Source of the DNA: Tubiluchus corallicola | Taxonomy: Eukaryota; Animalia; Priapulida | Direction: 5' to 3' | NCBI GenBank assembly: GCA_030141605.1 | Contig: JAQGDQ010000278.1 | Location: forward strand, 1-64,000 | Length of the DNA: 64,000 bases | Shown: positions 1 through 12,973 of the stretch, piece after piece | Numbering within the stretch: position 1 is the stretch's first letter | How the letters are laid out: every line of letters begins with the position of its first letter | Program-made: the position numbers and the translations under genes | The notes under the pieces: generated by a model | Told to the model about the DNA's origin: nothing | Database searches by the model: none | What the model saw: the letters and a program-made list of their open reading frames with translations, nothing else

Positions 1-451
1 AGATTGTTTCTTTTAAACTAGAATAGAATTATTCATATATGGCAAATAAATGTAACTGCATCAAAATGGAATTTGTTGCTGACCAGTTTCGAACAAGCCT
101 GTTCATTGTCAAGGCATCTAAACAAAGAAATTTACCAGAATTTGGAAATGACATCAAAATACAATTCATGTATTTACACACAAATGCATTACATTGTGTT
201 GTGGTTTGTGGAATCGGCAACAAAGTGGCAGCTCCCTAAAACTGACAGTTCTCTTACTACTAACATAATAGTTTGTTTGTTTGTGGAGTGTTAAATAGTT
301 TCATACTGATCAAGTATGGTGTTGAATATTCTAGGTTTGAATTTCAGTCACTTGTAATGTTGCATTGATGTTAACTCTTTTATACTGTGTAATTTTGGTT
401 GAAATTAAAATATTTAGTGAGATAACAGAGAATCGTTTAATAATTTTTCAG

Positions 452-516
452 GTCGAAGTGTAGATAAAATAAAGACAGATGCTTCAGAAAAGGGTGACCT
501 AGGTATCGTTGCTGAG
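452..516 (+). CDS. LIG1: LIG1 exon ([22 protein letters not shown])
   Basis: tttttcag acceptor and gtatgt donor; DNA-binding domain motif GDLG. Confidence 0.9.
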
Positions 517-3500
517 GTATGTTTGTTAATATTTACTTTTTTTGTTTATACAAAAGTATGTGCTTTGTAGGAATGAAATTAACTTTGTAAACTTGTAACT
601 AGGCTGCTTATTTATTACTCAATATTTAGTTTCTTTTTGTAAATTTTGAAGCTAGCACATTCTTAGTATTTTTTTCAAAATTTCAGAGTAGCAGATCTAA
701 TCAGAGAACTATGTTTGCTGTTCCTAAGCTGACTGTCTCAGCAGTATTTTCTAAGCTGAAGGACATTGCACTAATGTCTGGCAATTCGGTATGCAGCTCC
801 ACTGTTTTACAGTAATTTTTGTTTTGTTTTGAAATTTGATTTTTATGTATACAATTCAGCCGAATAGAGGTTAGAATCCAGTTCTCACTGGCAATGTTTA
901 CTTTAGTGTGGACGATAATTACGAAAGAGTTAAATTAAATCAAATATCTGCATTAATGCAGTTGGTTCTCAGCAATTAAGTATGCATTTTTACTGTGTAT
1001 GCTTCATCTGCTTTCAAGGTTTTATTTGGCTGTTGAGTGCCATTTGAAGTATCCAGTTATGCAACTACAAATCCAGTAAGGCGTAACTGCTGATGTCCGC
1101 TATCTGACTTTCAAATTTTAATTTTAATTTTTTACCAGGAAGTAGAGAAAAGCAAAAGAAATTATCGTTACCATGTTACAAGAACTTCTTGTGTATACTA
1201 TCATGAATTTCTGTTTAAGGTAATGAATAAAAAGATTGAAAAGATTAAGAGCATGCTTGTAGCCTGTCGCTACTCGGAGGCCAGATATCTCATCCGTTCC
1301 CTTGCTGGAAAGCTGAGGATAGGACTAGCTGAGCAATCTGTGCTCACAGCTCTCGGCAATGCATTCGTAATAACGCCACCTGGTCAAGGTAACACACTGT
1401 ACTCATTTCCTGCATGTTGTAGATTATAAAGTTTTACCTGTTTCAAGATATTCAGAGCTGGTTATTCGCATGTATATCTTCAATTTTTCGTCTTCAAGTT
1501 CAACAATATGTTGTTTTGTTTAACACTTACTAACTTCAAAAGTGAAACTGATTTATGAGTTGAAATGGCTCAACTAATTATTGAACTGTGTTGCATTAAA
1601 TATTCCAGTTTACATCTGTGATAATGACCAAAACTGACAGGTGACTCCCAGATATTAGAATTAACCACTTTCTACCATACTTTATGATTCGAGAGAACGA
1701 CCCGTGTTTTTATTGTTTTATTAATAAAGCAACGTAAATGGGTGGTTTGATAATAACAAAAGCTGCTCAAATATGGAGGTAGAATTTTTTTTGTATCAAG
1801 TTATATAACAGTAATACTTAATGTAGTGAATGCATCGTGGTATCTTACAAAGTATTATGCAGAATCGTAATATAAATTATTTATGTAACGGCTAACGGCT
1901 AGTTAATGGACTAAATGATTAGTACTTTACAATTTTCGTGTATCACAGCTGTTCTAAATGTTTGTTAAGCCTGAGTTCTGTCTCATTTACTAGTCTGGAT
2001 GTAAATATAAAATAGATAAATGGACAGATAGATGAAATATTTACTAACCAACAATAGAGCAATACATGCACTGGGGTGCAATGTATGTAATTCTGTGTTG
2101 TGTCCATAGTTGAAAGTAACATACCGGTCAGTGACAATTCTGACTGAAGTGAGTTGGTAATAGCGTCAGACTATTCTAAGATGATAATTAACACACAAAT
2201 GGTGACTTTCAATGTTCCCTTGTTTTTTCATAAGAATATCCTCCTGAAGTATTGAATTCGAGTGATGAAATGAAGAGTGAGAAATTCAAGAGACGGTTAG
2301 AAGAGTGTACTCATCTTTTAAAGCAGGCGTACAGGTATTCCTGTGTTTCATAATTTGAATAGTCTTCTTGATGAGTTTTAAAACTCGCCATTTATTACTA
2401 AAAAAGTTTAATAAGTGCAATACAGAACTGACATCAGCACATCACAGTTTTAATGAAGCATAAAACCAAAAAATTCAATGCGGGTGAGACAGTTAACATT
2501 GTACTAATTTAACTTTGTTTAGCCGATGTTGATGAATGTCATGAAAATAAAAGCTCTTAACAGGAAAATAAACTATGAGGCATTAAAGCAATTTTACAGA
2601 ATTTAAATTGCAAGTCCCAAGACAGCACACCATTCACATTAAGTTTTAAAAGTGAAAAACTTACATAGAAGATTTGTTTTACTGCACTAATAACAGGCAA
2701 TGTCAGTAGTCTGTGTATGAATAGTTATGTAGATTTAGCATAACTTGCAGAGAAAAGCAACAGTCAGTATAAAGTAACACAAGTTGGATAAACAGTTTTC
2801 TGATGTCTTGCAGCATTTTTTTATGAAAAAACTAAGATAGATAAAATGCAAAATGTGATATCTTCTATTTGTTTATAATAAACAATGGTGCATGATAGTT
2901 TATGATGATTGTTTGTCATTATAATAGTTTTCTTTTTTTTGCTTTGATTGTAGTGAATGTCCAAGCTATGATGCAATCATTCCAGTGGTACTGAAACATG
3001 GTATAGACGAATTGCCAAAACATTGTAAACTCACACCAGGTAAAGATACCTTTTAGGCTTTAAAGTCAAAGTAAACACCATAATATAAGCTTTACAACCT
3101 GAAATCCTATCCTTATTATGAATGTTCAACTTACTTTATTATAAATTTAGTGTAAAACTTGTTTCTTTTGATTTTTTATCACTTCATTGTTAAATTTGAA
3201 GAATCACCATATTAAACAAACATCGGTAACCGTTTTCTGTACCTCGTACGCCATTCTCGCGCACTTGCATCATAGATGCGAAACGTAGCGATCCTTACGG
3301 CAATACACGCATTTAAAACACGCCAGAAAAAGGTAAGTTATTTAATGTATAAGTTTTTATGTGTAAAAAATAACTGTGAATTCTTTGTGTATTTATAATA
3401 ATGCATTTAAAAAATGTCATCGTCCGTTGGGGTTTTGTAAGCTTTTAACTTTCTCAAAAAGTCAAACATAATGAGACATATAAAAAACATTGTGACCTTA

Positions 3501-4150
3501 CATTTATTTTCTCATAAATAGTATGTATGTATTTTCTGATATATGACATTAAGATTCATTAATGAAAAAAATAATAAAGGCTAAATTCAAAAATACTTTT
3601 GGAAACTGCAAAACGTCACAAGCGTTGTCTGCTATGGCAATTTGTCATTGAATGATTATGTAAGTTGCTTCAGTATTATTACACTGAATGAAAATAAGTT
3701 GGCAGCCACATTTATTAATAGCTTTTATTTTTTCGTTTTTTGAAAAAAATTGTTGCAATGTTCTTTATTTCTGCTTTTTAGGCATTCCATTAAAACCTAT
3801 GTTAGCTCACCCTTCCAAAGGCATTAGTGAAGTGCTGTCTAGATTTGAAAATGCAGACTTTGCTTGTGAATACAAATATGATGGAGAGCGAGCACAGGTA
3901 TTTTCTGTCACGGGTTTTTGACTTTGCTTTATAACTAAAACGTTTGTAGTGGTTGTATATTTGAAGTCTGAATCAGCTTAAGATTTATTTCATCCAGTAT
4001 TTGAAGATTCAATATTATGCCAAGGATAATGTATCTGCTTTTTGTCTGGGTGCAGTGGTTTTGCGGCAGTGTCATACCACACACCTTAAAAATCGCACTT
4101 TTATTATTATTATCATCATCATCATCGTCGTCATCATCATCATCATCATT

Positions 4151-4182
<32 letters not shown>

Positions 4183-7100
4183 TATTATTATCATTATTGT
4201 TCTTAGTATTAGTATTATCATCACTATCATCATTTTACACTTGAAAAATGTACCACTAGTTCTTTCACCAACTGCTTTGCTTTCTGAAAATCATGTGTGA
4301 ATGGTAATATTTAAACATGCTTTGCTTGCAAAATGCTTAGATTTTTTCCCCCAACAACAAAGGCTTAAATTTACAAATAAAAGATTTCATTGGCATTCTA
4401 AGTTGTCGAAGTTGCTGTAAAAGAGACTCATTTGTGTAGAAAGGGAAACCTGAGCTACATGATGATATGAGTCTTTTACAAATGCTTCTACCAGGATGAA
4501 TGGGTGAGTTAGTTTGAAGGAATATTTTTTCGGATCACCCTGTTTGTAATATACCCGTCTTTTTTACATTTATAATTTATTTCATGTTTTATTATAATTT
4601 ATTTTAAATCAACATGATATTTACATCAATGCGGTCAATATATAAAAATGATCAAGAGATAAAAAATTAAACAGATAAAAAAAATTAAAAAATTAAGTCA
4701 TTACAGGTTAGTAACAAAGACGATTTATCACACATATTTATGATACAACATTAATAAGTTACATCGAAACGATGTACCTAAGTATATTATTCAAATTATT
4801 ATTGTTCAGAAAGTAAAACTTTGTATCGTCCATCCATTTTAAAATGTCCATTACAAATTCTTTAAATTATATTACCATTTTCATTATATAGCACTTTCTG
4901 GTTAAAGTAACAGTATTAGTGGCTTTGCATCTCTTAATATAGTCAACAATAACATTGTATTTATTACAAATGTATGCAATGTTAAAACGAATAATCGAAG
5001 CAGTTTAAAGTAGCATGTTGTGCAAAGGAACTGATCACATTATTTTGGCTATTTGCATGAAGTTTAATGAGTCTTTTGCAAAACTGATTTCCAGTCTGTT
5101 AATGTTGATAATGTATGGTAAAAAGCTCATATGAGCTTTTTGTTTTTTAGATATATTAGATATTTTTTATATTTGAATATGAAATAGAGTATGTTTAGAC
5201 ATTTCTTTATATTCTAGATTCATGTGTTGGAGAATAGCATTGTTCATATTTATAGTCGTAACTCAGAAGACAACACAAGTAAATACCCTGATGTTATCGC
5301 TCGTATACCAAAGATCCTGAAGAGCGACGTAAAATCGTGCATCATTGATTCAGAAGCTGTGGCTTGGGATGTAGAGGAAAAAACGATTTTGCCATTCCAA
5401 GTGTTGAGTACAAGAAAACGAAAGGTTTCTTTGAGAGTTTTCTATTGTAAAGCATTCATATTGATTTGTTTTCTTATGACAGCTATTTTTTGTACCATTT
5501 GAAAATCTGGCTGAAACTGGATAACTGTGGCGAGATGGGAACCTAACTCATTAAGAAAGCTGTGCCTCTGTGATAATTCACTAAACTGGCAGTATCTTAG
5601 ATATGTCCCTCTACTAAGTAAACAGTCATAATCAGCATGACAAATGAAACCGTACAGAGAGAGAGAACCCATCCAATCATTGACCAGATTTGCTGTCAAT
5701 TTTAACTTTGGTCACTAAGGCAACACTGAGACCAGTGAGTCAATTTCATAATTTTTAACGAGTGTTTGTTAATTCATCTGCTTTATTGTGACCATATGAA
5801 ATGAAAATTTGCAACCACCATACAGATGCCAAGGAAATATTGTAAATGTACCCTGGTGACATGCACGATCAAGCTGTAACTCATTTTCAGTGGTACTGAA
5901 GTACTGATATTGAAAAATCAATTCCAGTGCCCAGTTTTCAAAAACAGTGAAACAGTGATGTTCTAGCTACGTCCTAATAGCATTGTGATGAAATGAGTGA
6001 AACATGACGAAACATTTTTGGAATCCTCTGGTGTGGTTTCCTGTCAGTCAACAATACATATTTTTTGTCTATACTTGATGGAGATATGACAAAATTTTTG
6101 GACTTAGCAGGCACCATCTTGGATTTATCCGTGCAGTTCAAAAATCCTGATTTTGGCCAATTTTTTTTGAGAGTATCTGAAAAATTTTGTTGCAATTTGT
6201 TCTCTTTACCCCCATACTGGGAGCTACCTTTACCCACCTAAACAGATTTGTCATTTTTACAATAAAATATTTAGGATGCTAAAGTTGGTGAAATCAAAGT
6301 CAACGTGTGCATCTATGCGTTTGATTTGCTTTACTTGAATGGCGAATCACTAGTGAGGGAACCGTTCCGCAAGCGTCAACATTTTTTGCATTCCTCTTTC
6401 AACGAATGTGAAGGCGAGTTCATGTTTGCCAAATTTATGATCACGTCGGATGTCGAAGAAATTGGAGACTTTTTGGAAAAGTCTGTTAAGGGTAATGTGC
6501 ACTGCTTATTCATTTTTATTTACTTAATTTAATTAAACTAACATTTTTCCTTTTGCATTTTTGAGTCTCTAAAGTACTTTGTATGATTCATCCTGTTGTT
6601 GCTCTAAGGATGATGATATAATAATAATAATAATTATTATTATTATTATTCGCCTCTTATTCACTTCTTAGCCTCTGATAGTGTTACACAATAACATAAA
6701 ATGTGAAAATAAGATTCAAACACTAACGTTTTCTTTTTTTGTTTTAGTATTGAAAAAGCATGAATTTGAGTTTGAAATTTTATGCCAATTTGTATATTCA
6801 GTTCAAGTCTCTTCTGTTTTATTGTTTTTTACTTTTGTTTATGTTTATTTTGTAAATATTAAAAATAAATAAATTATTTGCTATTTATTACTTATTTACT
6901 TATTTTAACTTACAAAAATAATTAAGCACTCTTATAATGAATTGTCAATGATTATTATTCTTTATCGTAACGACGTGTCATGCGCTATTAGAATACATTC
7001 AGATGGTAGTAGTTGCAAGAATAAAGTTTTTCATTTGAAAGTCAAAGTAATGTTAATTTTATCAATAAATAAGCAAAATAATTTCAAACGTTTTCTATGC

Positions 7101-10100
7101 TGGCGTGTATGATAAGTTGTATATGTGTAACTGTATTGACCTATAATATTATTTACATTTAGTCAACAAAATATGTGGTAAAGCATATTTGAATGATCTG
7201 GTCTATATTTTTAAATAGACCAGTGTCAGTGTGTATACTGATGATTTTTTTTTGTAAAACTTGCTTTTTTAATGTAAAATGATTGGACCTTAGACATTAA
7301 TCTTTAATAAAAGACCTTTATTATTATTTATTTATTATTATTATTATCATCGTCATCATTATTGTTGTTGTTGTTGTTGTTATTATTCTAAACACATTTT
7401 GCTAGTCATTACAGATAGCAGCCAGAAATGTTTGCCTAGAAAGACAGCCATAGTGATTATCTGTGAATCTCTTTAGGTAACTGTGAAGGGTTGATGGTGA
7501 AAACTCTTGATGTTGATGCAACCTATGAAATTGCCAAACGTTCTCATAACTGGCTAAAAGTAAGGATGCCTTGGATCCGGATCGGATTTGGGTTTACATG
7601 TACCGGATCCGGTTCTGGATCTACAAATTAATGTAAACCACACCACATTTCATTTGTTTAGACTTTTGTTTGCGTGGTGGCATCGCCTGTCCATTTTCTA
7701 GGTCACTAAGTAATTTTATGTGAAAATACTGCAAATGCTGATGTACTGTAATTTGGAACACGTGATCTATTCTTGGTTTGAACTAAAAAACTGCCAAACT
7801 ACATTTTTACTGGAACTAAATGGCTCTAAATTTTTGAGAGACTATTAAAAAAATTAAGACTATTCTGGTAATTAATCTGCTTTGTATATTTTTTTCTTAA
7901 CCATTCTAATTTTTCTTGCAACTGGTGTGCAATCGTTGGCTTTACGCATAGAAATACAAACAGTGCCTAAAATCTGACAAACATTTTTTGCCGGATCCAG
8001 ATCTCGGGATCCGGAAGTGGATTCTGTACATTCCCAGCTAAAGGTGAGGTGACCAACTTGCAAAGTGCTTCAGAGTGGTTTGTGAAAGAGAAACCTTATT
8101 TTAAATCAGGCTTTACAATCAGCGAATTGGAAATTTATTTTGATTTCATTTTGATTATTGAAAGTTATTTTGATTTTGACTTCAGTTTTTGATTATTTGG
8201 ACAACTATTTGTCTAGTTTTCTAAGATACATTTTACAGTCAAATTTGTTGCCGATTATCATTGACTGAAGTTACGTTCCCACCTATAACTGAAGTCTATA
8301 CAGTGTATAGTGTAAACAGCTATGCATAATACTATTGCAGTGAATGAGCTTTCTATGCATATTGTTTCATTATCTGCACTGAAATTATGCTAAATATTTT
8401 CATAACTTGTTCCTTGGCTGTTATTTTTATTGTCCAAATGCATTTTAATAAGATAATGGGTTAAATACCTTTGGTGTTGGCATGTGTTTTGTATATTTTT
8501 GTTATGAGATGAATCAAAAATTTCATAACATCTACAGTCTAACACCTTCGGAAATTATTTTGATTAGATTATGATTACGAACCCTGCTTTATGTTCATGG
8601 CAGATTTGCTGAATAATGCAAGCTCGTTTTCCATGACTGCTTCACGTTTTCAGTTTTGTCGTGTTTTTGTCTTAAACAGGTGAAAAAGGACTACCTAGAA
8701 GGTATGGGTGACACGCTGGATGTAATGGTAATGGGCGGATACCACGGAAAGGGAAAACGTACTGGTACCTATGGTGGTTTCCTGCTTGCTGTGTATGATG
8801 ATGAAAATGAAGAATTTCAAAGCATTTGTAAAGTACGATACCTTTCCATTTCATATGGCTAACCTGAAATACAAAAATTAAATCAGTTTTTCTTCATTGC
8901 ATTCAGATCATGCATTCTTCCTTATACCTTAATGCTGTCACAGTGAATCGTAACCATAAATACTTAGCATCATGGGAACTGTGGAGTACTGTGTTTTTAT
9001 TTATTATACAATGACCTAGGTAACAAACTTTTTCTATAACTAATTTACAAAAAAATTTCAAGTTGAAGCCGCAAGCTGTTGTTGGTTTTCATTAATTAAC
9101 TTGAATTGCAAATTGTTGGTTTGCAGTAACAGCCTCACACTTTTTGTTATTTTTTCGAAAAGTATATCGAGAACTGTGTTTTCTACAGTCATCTGTGAAA
9201 TTTCCGCAATACAATTTAGTATACTGGAATATACTTATGTGTAAATAAATAATTTGCCATATGATTTTCAAAGGTACTGCTTTTTGCAGCTTAATAGCTA
9301 GCCTTGCGAATAACAGTAAGTAAAAGTATGGCAAGTTGTTAAATTCATCCAACGTAGGTGTTACTGCTGCCTCCTTGCATGATGCATTGGATGCTAATGA
9401 TACACTGGTAGTGCCTTATGTCTTAGTGGCAGTCTCCTTGATTATACTTTTTGACATTAATATGTGTTTTTGTAATTAAATGCACTGCAATGAATTTTCA
9501 ATTTTTTGCAATGCAATGCGCATTTAAAGAGAGTTTTTTTACGAAGCTGTAGAATGTAAATATCTGATTAATTAAAGTTGGTCTTTTGCAGATCGGCACT
9601 GGGTTTAAAGACGAAGAACTGGAGCAGCACGCCAAATTTTTCAAGGATCACGTGATTGCGAAACCAAAATCTTACTATCGCTGGGACAGTTCCGTTGCTC
9701 CGGATCATTGGTTTGACACAGCACAGGTACTAGTTTAAACCTGATCCTGGCTTTATTCTCATTATAAACCACAATCAGGGCCGTCTTAATGTATGAGCAC
9801 ACTAGGCCCTGGGCCTGCACAGAAATTTCACAGATGTTTGTGTAGAATTCTTGATTCAGAACAAGTAATTCATAGTAATTTCATACTGTGCTATCTCTGT
9901 GTATGGTTTACAAATTGACTATCTTTTACAAGTTGAAATTTTTGTGCTTTCCAAGGCTTACCTTATATTGTTCAAACATTTGGGTTGATTAATCTTTGCT
10001 GTGCAGGATGTGTTTTTAAAGTTTAAACACTGATTGCTGGTTAAACACCTTCGCCACCCCTTCCCATTTGTTTGGCTTTTTTATATGAATTTTTCTTTGC

Positions 10101-12360
10101 ATTGTTATTGGGAAAAAAATAAATGATTTGATTTGTTGTAAGTACCAATACAATAAGTAGGTGTTTAATTTTATTGACCATTTACATTTTTATTCCTGTG
10201 AGTGATTGTGCAGATAGGGGTCCCAGTACTCTGCTTTACCTGGGCCTATAATGCAGTGAAGGTAGCACTCTAAGCTCTTGCTTGACAACTGCCTGTTTAG
10301 TGACATTCATTTTAAAGATGTTGTTCTTTAGATATCTGCCCTTACTTGGTCATGAATGTTTCATTTTAACGATGATTTTTTAACCATGATAGGCGTGCAC
10401 AACAGAAAAACCGGTGTTCGAAATTTGAATTTTATTAAAATAGTCTAGTTAGCAAAGTCACAATATGTATACTACTAAACAATTTTTGTAAATTTGTGTA
10501 ACCACAACAGTATTATTTCAATAAATGGTTACTCTTCAAGTATTTTGAAATTTATTTAGCAAAAATATAGACACGTTTCTGTTTGAAAACCACCATTAAT
10601 ACAAAGCTAAGAAAACCTGTGCCTCTGTTATACCCATTAGTGGCTGTTTTAATAAGTAAGTTACATGTAAACTGTAAACAAAACGGCTGACGAAATGTTT
10701 GATATATAAGCCAAACGTTATTGTTATTTTGTATTATGTTCTATAATGATGTATTATGTAACAATGCAATTTGCTGAAATGCATTAGCATCATTAAGCAA
10801 GGATTTACTGCATGAATTTTGCTAGTTTCACACTAGCTCAAATCCTATTTGTTCTTCTCACCAATATTTTGAGTTCATGGAATTGTTACTGGGTTATTTG
10901 ACAATCTGGAACATTGATGTTGAAACTCCTTAAATTTTCGCTGCCGGAAGAGCTGCTGATGCCTGTATAGCGCCTGGGATGTGCACCGTGCATTCTTCTT
11001 ATATATTGTGTGTATTTATCAATTTGATAATATTGCATGTCCACATAATACGTTAAGCTGAAATGTCTGTAAAGGAATTACTGAATTAAAGTGGGTTGAT
11101 TTGGTCCCATGATAGGTGTGCAGTTGTACAGTTCTTCTTGCAATGTTTTATTTGAATAATTTTTATCAAAATCAATTTGGCATCTTGGAGCATCATGATG
11201 AGCAGCTGCTAGTTTTTGAAATTTAGCAGAAATTGCTGCATATTTTATTATAATTATGTCAGATAATTACAGGCTCACTTTTGCTAGTGTTATTGTAAGC
11301 GAAAGATATTTTCTAGATGAGGAGGGCCATGCAGTTAATTCGTACACACAGCAGCACTTAAAGGTGCACACTACCCTACCACTTTCAAATCCTTTATTTA
11401 GAATTGTGTCCATAAGGTATGCACTTTAACCTTTGCAGGTATGGGAGATTAAAGCAGCTGACTTGTCAATTTCTCCTGTGCACAAGGCAGCAGTCGGAAT
11501 TGTTGATCCGGAGAAAGGCATTTCTTTACGTTTCCCAAGGTTTCTTCGTATCCGTGATGACAAAAAACCGGAAGAATGTACAACCAGCTCACAAGTAAGT
11601 TTTGTTATCTAATAGCTCGATGACGAACATTACTTAACTTAATAAAAAAATTTATTTGATTTCACGCAAATTTAAATTTTGAAATGAAATTCAACTGATA
11701 TTTTAATGAGCAATGAATGCAGTTTCGAATAAATTATTATAACTTAGTATCAGTTAGTTGTAATTGCAGTCTAAATTTTAATGATGTGTTTTTAATTGTG
11801 TAGCAAGTGGTCGTTTAATGAGGTGTAAATAACACAAATGTCCCCATGAAGGTGCAATGTTTTAAGAAACATCTACCATAGCAGTGATTTCATTTACTAC
11901 AGTCATAAGTTTAAAAAAAAGTTAAATGGGATTTACTGAACTTCTGTTTTTAACAGCCCTTATTTTAGTGTAAAGTTTTGTCTCAGTTATAAATTTAATT
12001 ATATTAGATATTATTATGTGACCTGTTATTAAGTTAAAATTATTAATTAACTGTGTTTAATTGTGAAATGCTACTAATCGACAATTGCTATATTGACTTG
12101 TTACTGTTTGATTGTTAATTATGATTTGATGTATTGTTTTGCAATATGGGCTTTGTTCTGAAATAAAAGTATTCAATCAAATTTACATTTTGTTTTTCAA
12201 GATTTGCAGTTGATTATTGCTTTTGTTGGTACTGCTTCTTCTGGAAATATATGTTTCTGTTTCGTTTTTTCCTTAGGTTTCGTCCATGTACAACAGCCAA
12301 GAGCAAGTGAAAAATCAGAAATTGGGCAAAGCAGAAGCAGAAGATGAGGATTTTTATTAG
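452..12360 (+). CDS. LIG1: DNA ligase 1, 5'-partial multi-exon gene (13 exons in window, about 558 codons)
   Basis: Exons 452-516, 687-788, 1220-1388, 2235-2334, 2954-3039, 3782-3897, 5218-5424, 6275-6491, 7477-7559, 8680-8832, 9592-9726, 11439-11594 and 12277-12360 join in frame through GT-AG introns. The product contains [10 protein letters not shown] (adenylated Lys, motif I), [29 protein letters not shown] and [14 protein letters not shown], and ends DEDFY-TAG. Confidence 0.97.
687..788 (+). CDS. LIG1: LIG1 exon ([34 protein letters not shown])
   Basis: tttcag/gtatgc boundaries; matches LIG1 DNA-binding domain. Confidence 0.92.
1220..1388 (+). CDS. LIG1: LIG1 exon ([42 protein letters not shown]...TPPGQ)
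   Basis: ORF 1223-1429 trimmed to ag/gt; [11 protein letters not shown] motif. Confidence 0.95.
2235..2334 (+). CDS. LIG1: LIG1 exon (EYPPEVLNS...LLKQAYS)
   Basis: taag/gtattc boundaries; phase fits neighbouring exons. Confidence 0.88.
2954..3039 (+). CDS. LIG1: LIG1 exon ([29 protein letters not shown])
   Basis: tgtag/gtaaag boundaries; conserved HCKLTPG. Confidence 0.93.
3782..3897 (+). CDS. LIG1: LIG1 exon with active-site KYDG motif
   Basis: [38 protein letters not shown]. Confidence 0.97.
4101..4232. repeat. Compound (ATT)n/(ATC)n microsatellite
   Basis: Read directly; explains the poly-Ile and poly-Ser ORFs. Confidence 0.95.
5218..5424 (+). CDS. LIG1: LIG1 exon ([25 protein letters not shown]...QVLSTRKRK)
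   Basis: SRN motif Ia and DSE motif III; ctag/gtttct boundaries. Confidence 0.96.
6275..6491 (+). CDS. LIG1: LIG1 exon ([26 protein letters not shown]...EKSVK)
   Basis: Motif IIIa AFDLL; ttag/gtaat boundaries. Confidence 0.96.
7477..7559 (+). CDS. LIG1: LIG1 exon ([28 protein letters not shown])
   Basis: Motifs IV and V; ctttag/gtaagg boundaries. Confidence 0.96.
7561..8036. mobile_element. Degenerate hAT-like MITE at a LIG1 5' splice site
   Basis: Imperfect TIRs TAAGGATGCCTTGGATCC / GGATTCTGTACATTCCCA; subterminal GGATCC(GG) repeats at both ends; 8-bp TSD GCTAAAAG / GCTAAAGG. Confidence 0.65.
8680..8832 (+). CDS. LIG1: LIG1 exon ([37 protein letters not shown]...ICK)
   Basis: Start of OB-fold domain; acag/gtacg boundaries. 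Confidence 0.96.
9592..9726 (+). CDS. LIG1: LIG1 exon ([13 protein letters not shown]...PDHWFDTAQ)
   Basis: GTGF motif; tgcag/gtact boundaries. Confidence 0.95.
9776..10270. mobile_element. Degenerate hAT-like MITE (CAGGGCCGTCTTAA left end)
   Basis: Typical CAGGGCCG terminus and GGGCCC-like subterminal motifs; right end degenerate, no clear TSD. Confidence 0.4.
11439..11594 (+). CDS. LIG1: LIG1 exon ([13 protein letters not shown]...[26 protein letters not shown])
   Basis: Motif VI; tgcag/gtaagt boundaries. Confidence 0.96.
12277..12360 (+). CDS. LIG1: LIG1 terminal coding exon ([14 protein letters not shown]...DEDFY*)
   Basis: ccttag acceptor; TAG at 12358-12360; acidic C-terminus like other LIG1 proteins. 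Confidence 0.9.
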   Translation, partial: VSSMYNSQEQVKNQKLGKAEAEDEDFY

Positions 12361-12967
12361 TGGCGGTATTCATATAAATGGCGTGCATGGAGAATTAGGT
12401 GTTTACAATCCTGGACATGTTGATAAATCACTGATAGCTGTTTAGTGTCGAGTCGGTAGTCATTATATATATTTTGGATCTGCAGTTTTGACAGCAGAAA
12501 TTGCTTGGATTGAGTTGAAGCGTCAGTTTGCGATTGTCGCCTGGGGGTGCTACCATCACCTGTAGCATAGATTCCATAAACGCAGCGATTTTGACAAGCC
12601 AAACATTTTTAAATAATGGATCTCTAATTTGTACTTTTTCTCAGTTATCTGAATGATAATTTCTCAGTCTAGTAGTCAGGCAAAATATACGATGAGTAGT
12701 TTGCTAAATATCTTAACAAGAGAGCTGTCTGTCATGACCTATTACTTTCTTGTTTCGTAGTTTTATTTGGTGGTACAAATTATTTCAATGAATTTATGAG
12801 CTTTTATAATAGATATTTTTGGTCTCTGTCTAAGAGCTTTATTATAATTGTGATTTAACTTTTTTGTTGTTACTCATCTAACTATGTATTTAGATTTTTT
12901 TGTATATTAAACTTCTTTTGGCTACTGGTGTTTTCAGTACCAACATACTTTTATGGACATTGGTGCC

Positions 12968-12973
12968 AATAAA
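12968..12973 (+). terminator. Candidate LIG1 polyadenylation signal AATAAA
   Basis: AATAAA about 600 nt after the stop, followed by GT/T-rich sequence; another AATAAA lies near 13028. Confidence 0.4.

Noticed and set aside
2335-2953. LIG1 intron with GTATTCC donor as possible U12 intron
   Set aside because: The donor is not GTATCC and the 3' end has an ordinary polypyrimidine tract with no CCTTAAC branch site.
3628-3641. X-box-like TCTGCTATGGCAAT in a LIG1 intron
   Set aside because: Only one half-site matches and it is not near a ciliary gene start.
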